Shown here in pieces: positions 8,839 to 18,908 of a DNA stretch of 64,000 nt. The notes below the pieces were generated by a model. The model ran no database searches and had not been told where the DNA came from. It saw only the letters and a list, made by a program, of their open reading frames with translations. The translations under genes and the position numbers were made by a program. Source of the DNA: Vicinamibacteria bacterium (lineage in GTDB: Bacteria; Acidobacteriota; Vicinamibacteria; Marinacidobacterales; Marinacidobacteraceae); the NCBI GenBank assembly GCA_963668695.2, contig CAXXLQ010000004.1:192001-256000 (forward strand), in the 5' to 3' direction. Each line of letters opens with the position of its first letter. Position 1 is the stretch's first letter.

Positions 8839-11319
8839 CTAAAACCGATACCGAAAACCCAGTGCTGCGACCTGCGTCTCCAGCAGGTTCTGGTAGACAG
8901 CCGTGAATCCTTGGCCGTCGATTTCCTGCTCGACCGCGAAGTTGTTGAACGCGTCGGTGAGCGTGAACACCAGCTCCGCACGGTCGCCCAGGATCGGGCG
9001 CTGGAGCGCGACATCGAATGACGACCGCGCGCGCGCGCGGCCCTGGGGCACGTTGCGGGCCCCGTAGTAGATGTAGCTCAACTGCAACTCGATGCCACCC
9101 GGCGTCTGCACCCGATTGTTGACCGTCAGATCCCAGGTGTCATCGGTCGAGGCACCCAGTACGAAGGGGCGCGGCGTCGGAAACCGGAGCGTCGTCTCGA
9201 ACGCGTCGATCGCGTTCCGGTACCAGTTGAGGCTGCCGGACACCTCCCAGGGGGCAGCGATGTCCTGATCGAAGAGAATCTCGATCCCGCGCTGCGTCGA
9301 ATTGCCGGCATTCTCGTAGACCCGGTTCACCACATCGTAGTTCGCGTTGGAATTGTCGATGGCAAAGACGCGGAAGAATGAGTCCGAAATCTGGCGAACA
9401 TACAGGGCCGCGCTTGCCGAGCCGCTCGTCCAGGAGCGTCCGTACCCGAGTTCCCCCGCGTGCGTGAACTGCGGCCGCAGGAACGGATTGCCGACCTTCA
9501 ACAGCTCAGGGTCGTCATACTTCGGAAAGATGCGTAGTTCGGCCTCGCCCGGGCGGTCGACTCGCCGATTGTAGGCGGCGATCACGCGATTGGTCGCGTT
9601 CAGGCGGTACGTCAGCCGCAGATTCGGAAACACCTCGAAGGTGTCGTACCGGTCGCTCCCGGTGTAGTAGAGGTTTTCGGTGGGAATGAGGTACGACACA
9701 TTCGTCTGCTCGACGCGGACACCCGCTTCGAACGAATAGCGAGCCCGTTCTCGGACGAGATTGCCGTACAGCGCGACAATATTTTCATTCCACTCCGACG
9801 TATCGCCCAGGCCTTCGTAGATGACGCTTTGGACGCCGCGATCCACCGTGTAGGTGACCGGGATCCAGCGGCGCTGCAGCCGGGTCCCGAGTTCCAGACG
9901 TCCGGCGCTCAACGGACGGACATAGTCGATGCTCAAGGGAAGCGTGTTCTCTTGAGCGATCAGATGCGTCATGTCGGTGCCCTGACGGACCCGCGACTCC
10001 TCGTTGAGGAAATAGGCTTCGTCCTCCCAACCTCGCGTGTATTGCAGGTTGACCCTCATCTCGTGACCCGGCGCGGCGAACTTCCGCTTCCAGTCGACGC
10101 TGATATTGGCGAAGCCGGTGTCCTCCTTCTCCCGCCAGAACCAGTAGCGCTCGCGCTCACCGGTCGACCGCAGGATGAACGGCACCTGCGCGCGGTCGGT
10201 GTGGGTCTCGAAGTCGTAGACGCCAGACACCGACAGCACGTTCGAGGCGTCGAGGGTCCAGTCGGACCCGGCGCGGACGACGTAGTGCGACTGCTCGCGA
10301 TTCTCCGGCACCTGCGACTCGATGACTCGACCGTCGTCGTAAAACCGCGTCGTGAACTCGTTGTTCGGCAGATCGTCCTGCAGAGTTAGCTCGCCCTGCA
10401 GGAAAGTGCGGACGGTGCCCGTGTTGTAGTTCAGGTTCAGACTTGGAATGCCCTTCGGGTTGTTCGCGTAGCTCCCGAGTTCGGTCGGCAGGTCGTTCCG
10501 CTGCCTCGACAACCGTCCGAGACCCAGCGACGCTCCTACGTCACCAGACAGCCCCAGTTCCTGCTCTTGTCGGTAGATGATGTTGATGATCCCGGCCATC
10601 CCGGCAGCATCGAAACGCGCGGAGGGATTGTTGATGATCTCGACGGCCTCGATGTTCGCCGCCGAGACGCTATCGAGTCCCCGCTGGTTGCCAAACCCGG
10701 TCAGACTCGACTGGCGCCCATCGATAAGAATCGCGACCCGATCGCTGCCACGCAGCGAGACCACGCCGTCCTGGTCGACGGTCACACCAGGCAGGTTCCG
10801 CATCGCGTCCAGCAAGGAACCGGTCGTCTGCGCGGCACCGTCGTCCAGGCGAAAGACCTGCGTGTCGATGCCAGCAGCCCGAGTCGCCTCCGCCGTGACG
10901 GTCACCTCTTCGGCGAACGTCTCGAAGCGGTCCAACCGGATGTCACCCAAATCGAAGACCTGGTTCAGTTCTCCGACGAAGAGCGCAACCTCCACCACGT
11001 AGTAGCCGGGAAACGACGTGGCCACCGTGTAGGTGTCCGGGGGAAGACCCTGGATGACGAAACGGCCATCCTCGTCGGTAAGCGTGCCGGTGAGCTGCAC
11101 TCCAGAGTCGACAACCTGCACAACCACGGACACGAAGCCGACCGGAGCGCCGTCCGCGGCGTCCAGAATGCGCCCGGAGACGATGGTGCCTTCCTCCTGC
11201 GCCAGGGCCAACGCCGGCAGGGACAGGAGAATGAGCAGCATCCCTGGCAGAAGGGAGTGGAGAAAGCGGAACGTCTTCAATTGAACAGTGCCTTCGTTAC
11301 CGGCGTGATTACTACCCAC
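8839..11319 (-). CDS. TonB-dependent receptor with N-terminal carboxypeptidase-regulatory-like domain
   Basis: Signal peptide, VSGRILDA, plug motif IEAVEIINNPSARFDAAGMAGIINI, GNPFLRPQ, C-terminal FRYRF. Confidence 0.9.
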   Translation of the reverse strand: MGSNHAGNEGTVQLKTFRFLHSLLPGMLLILLSLPALALAQEEGTIVSGRILDAADGAPVGFVSVVVQVVDSGVQLTGTLTDEDGRFVIQGLPPDTYTVATSFPGYYVVEVALFVGELNQVFDLGDIRLDRFETFAEEVTVTAEATRAAGIDTQVFRLDDGAAQTTGSLLDAMRNLPGVTVDQDGVVSLRGSDRVAILIDGRQSSLTGFGNQRGLDSVSAANIEAVEIINNPSARFDAAGMAGIINIIYRQEQELGLSGDVGASLGLGRLSRQRNDLPTELGSYANNPKGIPSLNLNYNTGTVRTFLQGELTLQDDLPNNEFTTRFYDDGRVIESQVPENREQSHYVVRAGSDWTLDASNVLSVSGVYDFETHTDRAQVPFILRSTGERERYWFWREKEDTGFANISVDWKRKFAAPGHEMRVNLQYTRGWEDEAYFLNEESRVRQGTDMTHLIAQENTLPLSIDYVRPLSAGRLELGTRLQRRWIPVTYTVDRGVQSVIYEGLGDTSEWNENIVALYGNLVRERARYSFEAGVRVEQTNVSYLIPTENLYYTGSDRYDTFEVFPNLRLTYRLNATNRVIAAYNRRVDRPGEAELRIFPKYDDPELLKVGNPFLRPQFTHAGELGYGRSWTSGSASAALYVRQISDSFFRVFAIDNSNANYDVVNRVYENAGNSTQRGIEILFDQDIAAPWEVSGSLNWYRNAIDAFETTLRFPTPRPFVLGASTDDTWDLTVNNRVQTPGGIELQLSYIYYGARNVPQGRARARSSFDVALQRPILGDRAELVFTLTDAFNNFAVEQEIDGQGFTAVYQNLLETQVAALGFRYRF

Positions 11320-11576
11320 GGCACGATCGACAACATCGATGAAAAAGACCGCTTGGCCGTCGAGTAGCTCCGTTTCGAGACGCGAAATGTCAAAGCCGCG
11401 GCACTGAAACCTCTGCTGAAGGCCCCCCTGTGCTGACGAGCCTCCTTGACCTTGATATGAGCCACCTGCCTGGTGATCTCTCCATCTTTCGATTCGGTGG
11501 CGAGGTCAGGGCAGAGGCCTATGACCCGACACTTCCGATTTGGCTTCCGCAGACTGGCCACATCCTACACGTGCTC

Positions 11577-11934
11577 GACCCGGCCGGTAAGAACAGTCTG
11601 AATCCCGAACTGGCCAGCACCGAAGGCGGAAGGACCAGCGCCGCAGACGGAAGGACCAGCGCTGCAGACGGAAGGAACTGCCGGCGTCGAACCGGAAGGT
11701 TCGGCGCCCGCCTGACGGGGGGGAAAGTGTGAAAGGGGAAACTCCCCCTTTCACAAAAAGACAGCTCCGAAGTCGGAACTCGCCGCCCATGCCGCCATCT
11801 TGAGATCACGTCGTGGACCGGCCTGGTGACAGGGCGGGAGTTCCGACTTCAGGCGCGAAGCGCCGAGCGGCTTCCGGGCGGGGTCCTTTCAGCCTGACAC
11901 AGGGATCAGCCGGACCGCGAGTACGGGCTGACCC
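11577..11934. repeat. Structured repeat family C, copy 1 (358 bp, three 21-bp internal units)
   Basis: Near-identical to 12151-12466 apart from two extra 21-bp units (CCAGCRCYG.AG.CGGAAGGA). Confidence 0.9.
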
Positions 11935-11949
11935 TTTCTGGGAACCCAG

Positions 11950-12147
11950 CAGCCGGTGGACAAAGTCGCGCGGCGTTCAAGCGGCGATGCATCCCGGCTG
12001 AGACGCCCCGCTTCGCGCGGCTCATCGTTGCGCTTCGGTCGAAATACACCCGGTATTCCTCCCTCGCGCGCCTTGTCAGCCGGGCGCCTCGCCCCCACCG
12101 GGAGAACTGGCCGCTCTCGGCGCTCACGCCACTTTGCCCACCGGCCG
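11950..12147. mobile_element. Family-A repeat (198 bp)
   Basis: CCAG|CAGCCGGTGGACAAAG...CTTTGCCCACCGGCCG|CTAG. Confidence 0.88.
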
Positions 12148-12150
12148 CTA

Positions 12151-12466
12151 GACCCGGCCGGTAAGAACAGTCTGAATCCCGGACTGGCCAGCGCTGCAGA
12201 CGGAAGGAACTGCCGGCGTCGAACCGGAAGGTTCGGCGCCCGCCTGACCGGGGGGAAAGTGTGAAAGGGGGAACTCCCCCTTTCACAAAAAGACAGCTCC
12301 GAAGTCGGAACTCGCCGCCCATGCCGCCGTCTTGAGATCACGTCGTGGACCGGCCTGGTGACAGGGCGGGAGTTCCGACTTCAGGCGCGAAGCGCCGAGC
12401 GGCTTCCGGGCGGGGTCCTTTCAGCCTGACACAGGGATCAGCCGGACCGCGAGTACGGGCTGACCC
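12151..12466. repeat. Structured repeat family C, copy 2 (316 bp)
   Basis: Direct repeat of 11577-11934; long stem GAAGTCGGAACTC...GAGTTCCGACTTC. Confidence 0.9.
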
Positions 12467-12493
12467 CGCCCGGGAGCCGCTAGACCCGGAGCG

Positions 12494-14911
12494 CTAGACC
12501 CGGAGCGCGTGACTTGGGGGGACGCGAGCGGCGCGGCGCGCAGGCAGCCAGCTCGCGAGGAGCGACACCCCGAACAGCAAAGCGGCCACCCCGAGGGCGG
12601 CTGCCGGCGCCGGCAGCGCGAAGCCGGTCAGGAGGTTGCGAACGAAGACCACCATCAGAACCATGAACGGAGCGCCGATCAGGAACCCCAATCCGGCCAG
12701 AATCGCCGCCTCGCGCATCACCAAACGCAGCAGCAACCGCGGTGAGGCGCCCAAGGCCGCCCGGACGCCGAACTCGCGGGTGCGCCGGGACACCGAATAC
12801 CGGGTGACCCCGTAGACCCCGGAACCCGCCAGACCGAGCGCGAGCAGTCCGAAGCCGACGAGGAGGACACTGATAGCGTCCAGGCCGACGCGGAACTCGG
12901 CGAGCATCTCGGGGAGCGGGCGCACGTTCGAGGTGGCGATGCTCCGGTCCACTCCGGCGATGGCTCGCCGGACATCCTCTCGAAGGCTGCCCGGGTTCAC
13001 CGTAGAGCGCGCCAGCCCCACGAACACTGGAGACGGATTCTGGGTATAGGGCAGATATACGACGCGCTCCCCCCCGAGGGTGGCGTCAAGGAAAGCGTCC
13101 TGCTTGATGCCGCCTGTGATCCCCACCACCTGCCGGATCTCTCCCGCCACCTCCAGTTGCCGCCCGAGCGCATCCTCGCCCGGCCACGCGGCCGCCGCAA
13201 AGCCGGCGCTCACGAGCAACACCGCCGGCGTCCCCGGGCGGTCGCCAGTCTCGAAGGCGCGCCCCTGGAGCAGCGGGCTCCGCAGGGTTTCGAAATAGGC
13301 CGGCGAGGCGGCAACCACCGTGGCGGTGCGCGCCGGTTGGTCCTCGCTCACCGCCTCCCCGGGCAGTGACCAAGGCAACTTCGGGGAGAAGTAGGTATAG
13401 GGAACGTGGTTCGTGAAAGCGACCGAGGTCACCCCGGGAAGCGCCCGAATCGCTTCCTCCAGCCGCTCGGCGACATCGGCCTGAGCGTCTTGGTCGAGAT
13501 ACCGGCGCTCTGGAAGGTTTACCGTGAACACCAGCAGACCTTCGGGATCGAAGCCGGGATCGGTGTTCGCAACGGACTGGAAGGCGCGCATCAGCGATCC
13601 CGCGCCGCCGAGCAGCACCAGGGCGAGCGCCAGTTGCCCGACCACCAATCCCTTGGCGATGACCCGCCGGCGCCGGCCGAGTTCCCCGCCCCGTCCCTGT
13701 TCCGAGAGTCCTCCCGACAGCGCGGCCCGCGAGGCCTGGAGCGAAGGCGCAAGCCCGAACGTCAGGGCCGCGATCACGGTGACCAGCAGCGTGAAACCAA
13801 CGACGCTGGCGTCTACGACCGGGAGGAAGTGCCGCGGCACCAGATCCGTCCCCGACATGGCTTGCCGGAGCAGGAACACCAGGCCCCAGGCGATCGCGAA
13901 GCCTGCCAGCCCGCTGCCCGCGGCCAGCAGCGCGGATTCCAGCAGGAGTTGCCGCAGCACCCGGGTCGGCGTGGCCCCGACCGCCGCCCGGACCGCGATC
14001 TCTCCCCGGCGGTCCAGCGCGCGGGCGAGGAGCAGGTTGGCCAGATTGGCGCAGGCGATCATCAGGATGAAGAAGATCGTCCCCTGCAGCAGATAGAAGA
14101 AGGTCTCCCGCGGCCCGTAGGTGAGGAGTTCGGCGAGGGTGAGCACGCGGACGCCGAAACCGCGGTTGGCGTCCGGGTAGGCCGCGGCGAGGCGATCATT
14201 CAGGACCTCCATTTCCCGTTGGGCGTCGGTGCTCGAAAGGCCCGCCCTGAGCCGCCCGACCACCATGAGGTCGCGGCGCTCCCGGCTGAGAATGGCCGGA
14301 GAAAGCTCCATCGGCGTCCACACCGCGACCCCGGCCTGAAGGAACTCGAATCCTTCCTCGAGCACGCCGACGACCTCGTGCGGCTCGCCCTCCAGCTGGA
14401 TCTGCCCGCCCACGAGAGCCGGATCGCCTCCCCAGCGGTTCTGCCAATGAAAATGGGACAGGACGGCGAGCCGCAGACCGGCCTCCGCCTCTTCCGGCCG
14501 GAACACCCGCCCGAGATGGAGGCGAGCGCCGAGCAGCGGGAAGAACTCCGCGGTCACTTCGGCGCCGCTGATCGGTTCCGGCAGGTCGCCTCCCGTGATG
14601 CTCATCGGGCGGATGCGCTGCGCGGCGAGCACCTCGAAGGACTCGGCGGTCCGCCGCCAATCGTCGAAGTTGGCCGACGCCACGGGGATGAGATCGATCG
14701 CCGGGTTCGCCGGATCGGTCTGCCAGAGCATGACCACGCGCTCCGGATCCGGATAGGGCATCGGCCGCAGCAGCAAGGCGTTCATGAAGGAAAACTGCGC
14801 GCCGTTCCCGGCGATGGCGAGCGCGAGGGAAGCCGCCGCGAGCCCGGTCAGGAGGGGACGGCTGCGCAGCGAGCGGATCGCGAACCGCAGATCGGCGACC
14901 CACTGGTTCAT
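12494..14911 (-). CDS. ABC transporter permease, MacB/FtsX type (ADOP duplicated permease family)
   Basis: [67 protein letters not shown]; ATG overlaps the selB TGA (ATGA). Confidence 0.92.
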   Translation of the reverse strand: MNQWVADLRFAIRSLRSRPLLTGLAAASLALAIAGNGAQFSFMNALLLRPMPYPDPERVVMLWQTDPANPAIDLIPVASANFDDWRRTAESFEVLAAQRIRPMSITGGDLPEPISGAEVTAEFFPLLGARLHLGRVFRPEEAEAGLRLAVLSHFHWQNRWGGDPALVGGQIQLEGEPHEVVGVLEEGFEFLQAGVAVWTPMELSPAILSRERRDLMVVGRLRAGLSSTDAQREMEVLNDRLAAAYPDANRGFGVRVLTLAELLTYGPRETFFYLLQGTIFFILMIACANLANLLLARALDRRGEIAVRAAVGATPTRVLRQLLLESALLAAGSGLAGFAIAWGLVFLLRQAMSGTDLVPRHFLPVVDASVVGFTLLVTVIAALTFGLAPSLQASRAALSGGLSEQGRGGELGRRRRVIAKGLVVGQLALALVLLGGAGSLMRAFQSVANTDPGFDPEGLLVFTVNLPERRYLDQDAQADVAERLEEAIRALPGVTSVAFTNHVPYTYFSPKLPWSLPGEAVSEDQPARTATVVAASPAYFETLRSPLLQGRAFETGDRPGTPAVLLVSAGFAAAAWPGEDALGRQLEVAGEIRQVVGITGGIKQDAFLDATLGGERVVYLPYTQNPSPVFVGLARSTVNPGSLREDVRRAIAGVDRSIATSNVRPLPEMLAEFRVGLDAISVLLVGFGLLALGLAGSGVYGVTRYSVSRRTREFGVRAALGASPRLLLRLVMREAAILAGLGFLIGAPFMVLMVVFVRNLLTGFALPAPAAALGVAALLFGVSLLASWLPARRAARVPPSHALRV

Positions 14912-16857
14912 CTGGGGGAAACTCCCGGCGCCGCGCCAGTGCGGATCTTTCGCAGGTTCCCCACCCGCACCGTCACCCGCTCGCGGTCGAGCCACTCCAG
15001 CAGCGGGATGGCGTGCTTGCGGCTCAGCCCAAAGTTCTGCTTGAACCAGGCAACATCGATCTCGGGATTCACCGTGGCCCGTTCCGCTACGGCTTGGCGA
15101 AGTCTGGCGAGCCGGGCGGCATCGAAGTAGAGGTCGGGACTTACGTCCACGGCGCGGCCTTCCCGGAGCAGCAGGCGCCTTAGGGCATCCACGAGTTCCG
15201 GCGGAACCCCGAGTTCTTCCGCCGCTTCCCCGAGGGTAGGCGGAGTGAATCCGCCTTCGTCGAGCAGCCCCGCCAGACCGTCGAGAGCGCGCTGCTCGGA
15301 ATCCGAGAGCTGGATCTGCCGGCCCGCGGTGCCGACCGTGTGGCGGGTGAGCTCGAGGGCGCCGGCGCTTGCGAGACGCGCCAGCGCGCCGTCCGCCACT
15401 ACCGCGGGGACGCCGGTCTGTTCCCGGAGTTGTTCCACCGGCATCCCGGCCCGCAGCCGGTTTTCGGTTTCCCAGGCGGTGAGCAGCGAGGTCATCCGCT
15501 CCTGCACCGCTCGCAGACTGGGCGGCGACAGGAGAACCCGTCCAGCCGCGCTGGCCGGAGCGCCGTCGCCTACCGCTTCGATCTCGCCCCGTTCGCGGAG
15601 TTCCCGAAGCACCCGTGCGGCAGCCGGCGCGCGAATTCCGAGTCGGGTGCGCAGCAACCCTTCGCTCAATCCGCGGACCCCCGCCTCGTCCACGAACGCG
15701 ACCGCGGCACGGGCGTCGGTCGCGCGATCGAGGGCGAGAACCCGCTCGTGAGCCGCCGGGCTTCTCGGAGAGCGTTTGGGGGGCAGCGCATCCAGGATGG
15801 CCCCACCGCCAATGGTGATGACCGGCGAATAACGCCGGATGATGAATCGATCGCCGCGCACCGCCGTCAACGGGGTCTCCAGGCGCAACTGGACGAGGCC
15901 GGAATCTCCGGGAGCGAGCTGCGCCAGCCCGCCGAGAACCCGCACCCGGGCGAGTGCGGTGGCGGTGCCGACGTGCAGGTGCACCCGGTTCTCGTCCTGG
16001 ACCGGTCCGGCGGCCCACGCCAGCACCTCCAGCCGGGCGTCCACCATCCGGGTGGAAGCCAGTTCGCCGGGCGCCGCGATCACCGACCCCCGCTCAGCCC
16101 GGAAACGGCCGGCTCCGGAGAGGTTGACAGCGACCCGCTGGCCGGCTTGAGCCGACTCGACGGGGGCTCCGTGTACCTGCAGGCCCCGGACCCGGGCGCG
16201 CTCCCCACCGGGGAGGATTTCCACGTCGCCACCGACCCTGACCTGGCCGGCGACGAGCGTGCCGGTGACGACCGCGCCGAAACCGCGCATGGTGAAGGCG
16301 CGGTCGACGGGCAACCGGAAGAGACCCGAGACGTCCCGGGGCCCGGCGGCGGCTGCCGCCGCTGCGAGTGCCTCCCTGAGTTCACCGAGTCCCTCGCCGG
16401 TCTTCGACGAGACGGGCACCAGCGGCGCCCCAGCCATCGCCGACCCTTCAAGCAACTCGCGCACTTCGAGGGCCGCAATCTCGATGAACTCCCGGTCCTC
16501 CACGAGATCAATCCGGGTGAGCACCACTACGGCGGACCGAACCCCAAGCAGCCGGCAGATCTCGATGTGCTCGCGGGTCTGGGGCATGACGGATTCGTCG
16601 GCAGCCACCACCAGCAGCACCACGTCGAAACCGGACGCGCCCGCGAGCATGTTGCGCACGAAGCGCTCGTGGCCCGGCACGTCCACGAAGCCGTAGGTCA
16701 CTCCCTCGTGCTCGAGATGGGCGAACCCGAGGTCCACGGTGATGCCGCGAGCCTTCTCTTCCTTCAGCCGGTCGGGATCGGTCCCGGTGAGCGCGAGGAC
16801 CAGCGAACTCTTCCCGTGGTCGATGTGGCCGGCGGTGCCGACCACCACGTGGCGCAT
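14908..16857 (-). CDS. selB: Selenocysteine-specific elongation factor SelB
   Basis: [45 protein letters not shown] and C-terminal [14 protein letters not shown]. Confidence 0.96.
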   Translation of the reverse strand: MRHVVVGTAGHIDHGKSSLVLALTGTDPDRLKEEKARGITVDLGFAHLEHEGVTYGFVDVPGHERFVRNMLAGASGFDVVLLVVAADESVMPQTREHIEICRLLGVRSAVVVLTRIDLVEDREFIEIAALEVRELLEGSAMAGAPLVPVSSKTGEGLGELREALAAAAAAAGPRDVSGLFRLPVDRAFTMRGFGAVVTGTLVAGQVRVGGDVEILPGGERARVRGLQVHGAPVESAQAGQRVAVNLSGAGRFRAERGSVIAAPGELASTRMVDARLEVLAWAAGPVQDENRVHLHVGTATALARVRVLGGLAQLAPGDSGLVQLRLETPLTAVRGDRFIIRRYSPVITIGGGAILDALPPKRSPRSPAAHERVLALDRATDARAAVAFVDEAGVRGLSEGLLRTRLGIRAPAAARVLRELRERGEIEAVGDGAPASAAGRVLLSPPSLRAVQERMTSLLTAWETENRLRAGMPVEQLREQTGVPAVVADGALARLASAGALELTRHTVGTAGRQIQLSDSEQRALDGLAGLLDEGGFTPPTLGEAAEELGVPPELVDALRRLLLREGRAVDVSPDLYFDAARLARLRQAVAERATVNPEIDVAWFKQNFGLSRKHAIPLLEWLDRERVTVRVGNLRKIRTGAAPGVSPR

Positions 16858-16865
16858 GGTCTCAA

Positions 16866-17086
16866 CCACCCGGGGGAAAAGCACCCCGCCCCGCTCTCAG
16901 GGTGACGCCTGCGCCGCATCTGGAGGTTTGTGCGCGGGCGGAGCACTTTTCCCACGGGTGGATGGCTCGGATCGCTGCGCGATCCGAGCCATCGTTTCTC
17001 GTGGGGAGGGGAAACCCCTCCCCACGCCCCACCCCCGCGGCGCTACGCGCCGCGAACGGACACGGGGAGACTTTCTCCACAGCCTG
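16866..17086. mobile_element. MITE-like repeat family B
   Basis: TCAA|CCACCCGGGGGAAAAGCACCCCGC...TTTCTCCACAGCCTG|CCAA; hairpin GTGGGGAGGGGAAACCCCTCCCCAC; similar to 18108 and 60373. Confidence 0.8.
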
Positions 17087-17184
17087 CCAAGTGTACGGAG
17101 TAGAGAACGCCGCGAGCCAGCCGCACAACCCCTGATAATCCCCCTGACGCCTGACGCTTCCATTCCGAACGGAGGATCGAGACC

Positions 17185-18057
17185 ATGCGACGCACACGTT
17201 TCTGGAACCCCACGCTACTCACCGCCGGGCTCTCCTTGGCGCTTCCTGGCGCCGCGGCGGCCCAGCAGGGGCCCGAGAAGGGCTCCTTGGTCATCGTCGG
17301 CGGAGCGCTCCGCGACGAAGCGATCCTCGAGCGCTTCATCAGCCTCGCAGGCGGTCCCGAAGCCGCCATCGTGATCATTCCCACGGCCGGCGGCGAAGAC
17401 GACTACGACGACTGGTACGCGGGGGCGCGCCGGTTCCGGGAACTGGGCGCCACCGACATCACCGTGATCCACACCTGGGACCGGGAAGAGGCCGAGAGCG
17501 AGGAGTTCGCGGCGCCGATCACGAAGGCCCGCGGCGTGTGGTTCCCCGGCGGACGGCAATGGCGGCTGGTGGACGCCTACGCCGACACCCGCACCGAGCG
17601 TGAGCTCCACGCCCTGCTGGCCCGCGGCGGGGTGATCGGCGGTTCTTCGGCCGGTGCGACGATCCAGGGCGAATATCTCGCCCGCGGCGACACGAGCGGC
17701 AACACCATCATGATGGGAGACCACGAAGAGGGATTCGCCTTCGTTCGCGGGGTGGCCATCGACCAGCACCTGCTGGTGCGGAACCGGCATTTCGACCTGC
17801 TCGAAATCACCGCCGCGAAACCCGAGCTTCTCGGGATCGGAATCGACGAAGACACCGCCATCGTGGTGCGCGGAAACGGATTCGAGGTCATCGGACAGGG
17901 CTACGTGGCCATCTACGACAACACGCGGGTCCTGCCGAACGGCGGCGGGTTCTACTTCCTGATGCCCGGCGACCGCTACGACCTCGAGACCCGGGAACCG
18001 ATGCGCCTCCAGTTGGGGGACAGCGCGTTCCAGACCACCGTCAAGAAGAAGCGCTGA
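17185..18057 (+). CDS. Secreted cyanophycinase-like peptidase (S51 family)
   Basis: Signal peptide; [40 protein letters not shown]. Confidence 0.88.
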   Translation: MRRTRFWNPTLLTAGLSLALPGAAAAQQGPEKGSLVIVGGALRDEAILERFISLAGGPEAAIVIIPTAGGEDDYDDWYAGARRFRELGATDITVIHTWDREEAESEEFAAPITKARGVWFPGGRQWRLVDAYADTRTERELHALLARGGVIGGSSAGATIQGEYLARGDTSGNTIMMGDHEEGFAFVRGVAIDQHLLVRNRHFDLLEITAAKPELLGIGIDEDTAIVVRGNGFEVIGQGYVAIYDNTRVLPNGGGFYFLMPGDRYDLETREPMRLQLGDSAFQTTVKKKR

Positions 18058-18107
18058 TTCCGGCGTCCCGGCGCCGCCGGCCGGGGGTTGGTGTGTTCAC
18101 GGGTCAA

Positions 18108-18314
18108 CAGCCCGTGGAAAAAGCACCCCGCACTGTGCCGAGGACGAAAGGCGAACCGAATCTGGGTTTTGCGCGCGTGCGGGGCGCTTTCCCCCCGGGG
18201 TGAGGGCGCGATTCGCGCCCTCGTCTTTCGCGAGGAGGGGAAACCCCTCCCCGCACCCCTCCCCCGCGGCGCTCCGCGCCGCGAATGGACAGCGGCAGAT
18301 TTCCCCACCGGCCG
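18108..18314. mobile_element. MITE-like repeat family B
   Basis: TCAA|CAGCCCGTGGAAAAAGCACCCCGC...TTTCCCCACCGGCCG|TTGA; same orientation as the 16866 copy. Confidence 0.8.
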
Positions 18315-18355
18315 TTGATATCGCAAATGTCTTTGAAATGTAATATTTTGTTCAT

Positions 18356-18908
18356 ATGCGGTGGCAAGAGGCGATTCGGACGCCCGGGCTGGGGCGGCGA
18401 GTGGCTCCCCTGATCCTCGCCGCCGCGGCTGTCGCGGCTCTCGCCGGAGCCGACGAGCCTGAAGTCCTCCCACGGAGCATCTATGTTCCGGTGCGTATCG
18501 AGGTTGCCTCCTGTCTTCGGGACGTCGTGATTCGCAACGAAGAAGGCACGGTGCGGGCCGTGGCGCCGGGACGGCTGGTCAGCCAGTTCACCTTTTTACG
18601 ACTCCAAACCCGGCTCCAAACCGGAATGGGAACGCCTTACGGTTGAGGGCTGGGTCGAGGCAACACCCGGCGACAGCGGCGAAAACGCGGACCCCAAACC
18701 GTTTCGCGCCGGGATCGTCATCACCCCGGCCAGCATCTACGTCGGCCGGAAACGGCTCGATCTGGAACTCGAGAACCGCTTACAGGCATTCCGGTGGCGG
18801 ACCGATCTCCGGTTCCCCGAGCGCACCCTTCGTCTGCGCCCAGCCGGAAAATGTGACAAAGAGGTTACAGAGGCTGACCGTCACCCTCGGCCGCCGGCTG
18901 GACCATAA
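18356..18908 (+). pseudogene. Secreted hypothetical protein with an apparent frameshift at T5 (18593-18597)
   Basis: Signal-peptide ORF 18356-18646; after the T run the +1 frame reads YDSKPGSKPEWERLTVEGWVE...FRAGIVITPASIYVGRKRLDL to TAA 18908. Confidence 0.55.

Noticed and set aside
12494-16018. 1174-aa ORF as a fused permease
   Set aside because: The first 369 codons are an alternative frame of selB; the permease starts at ATG 14911.
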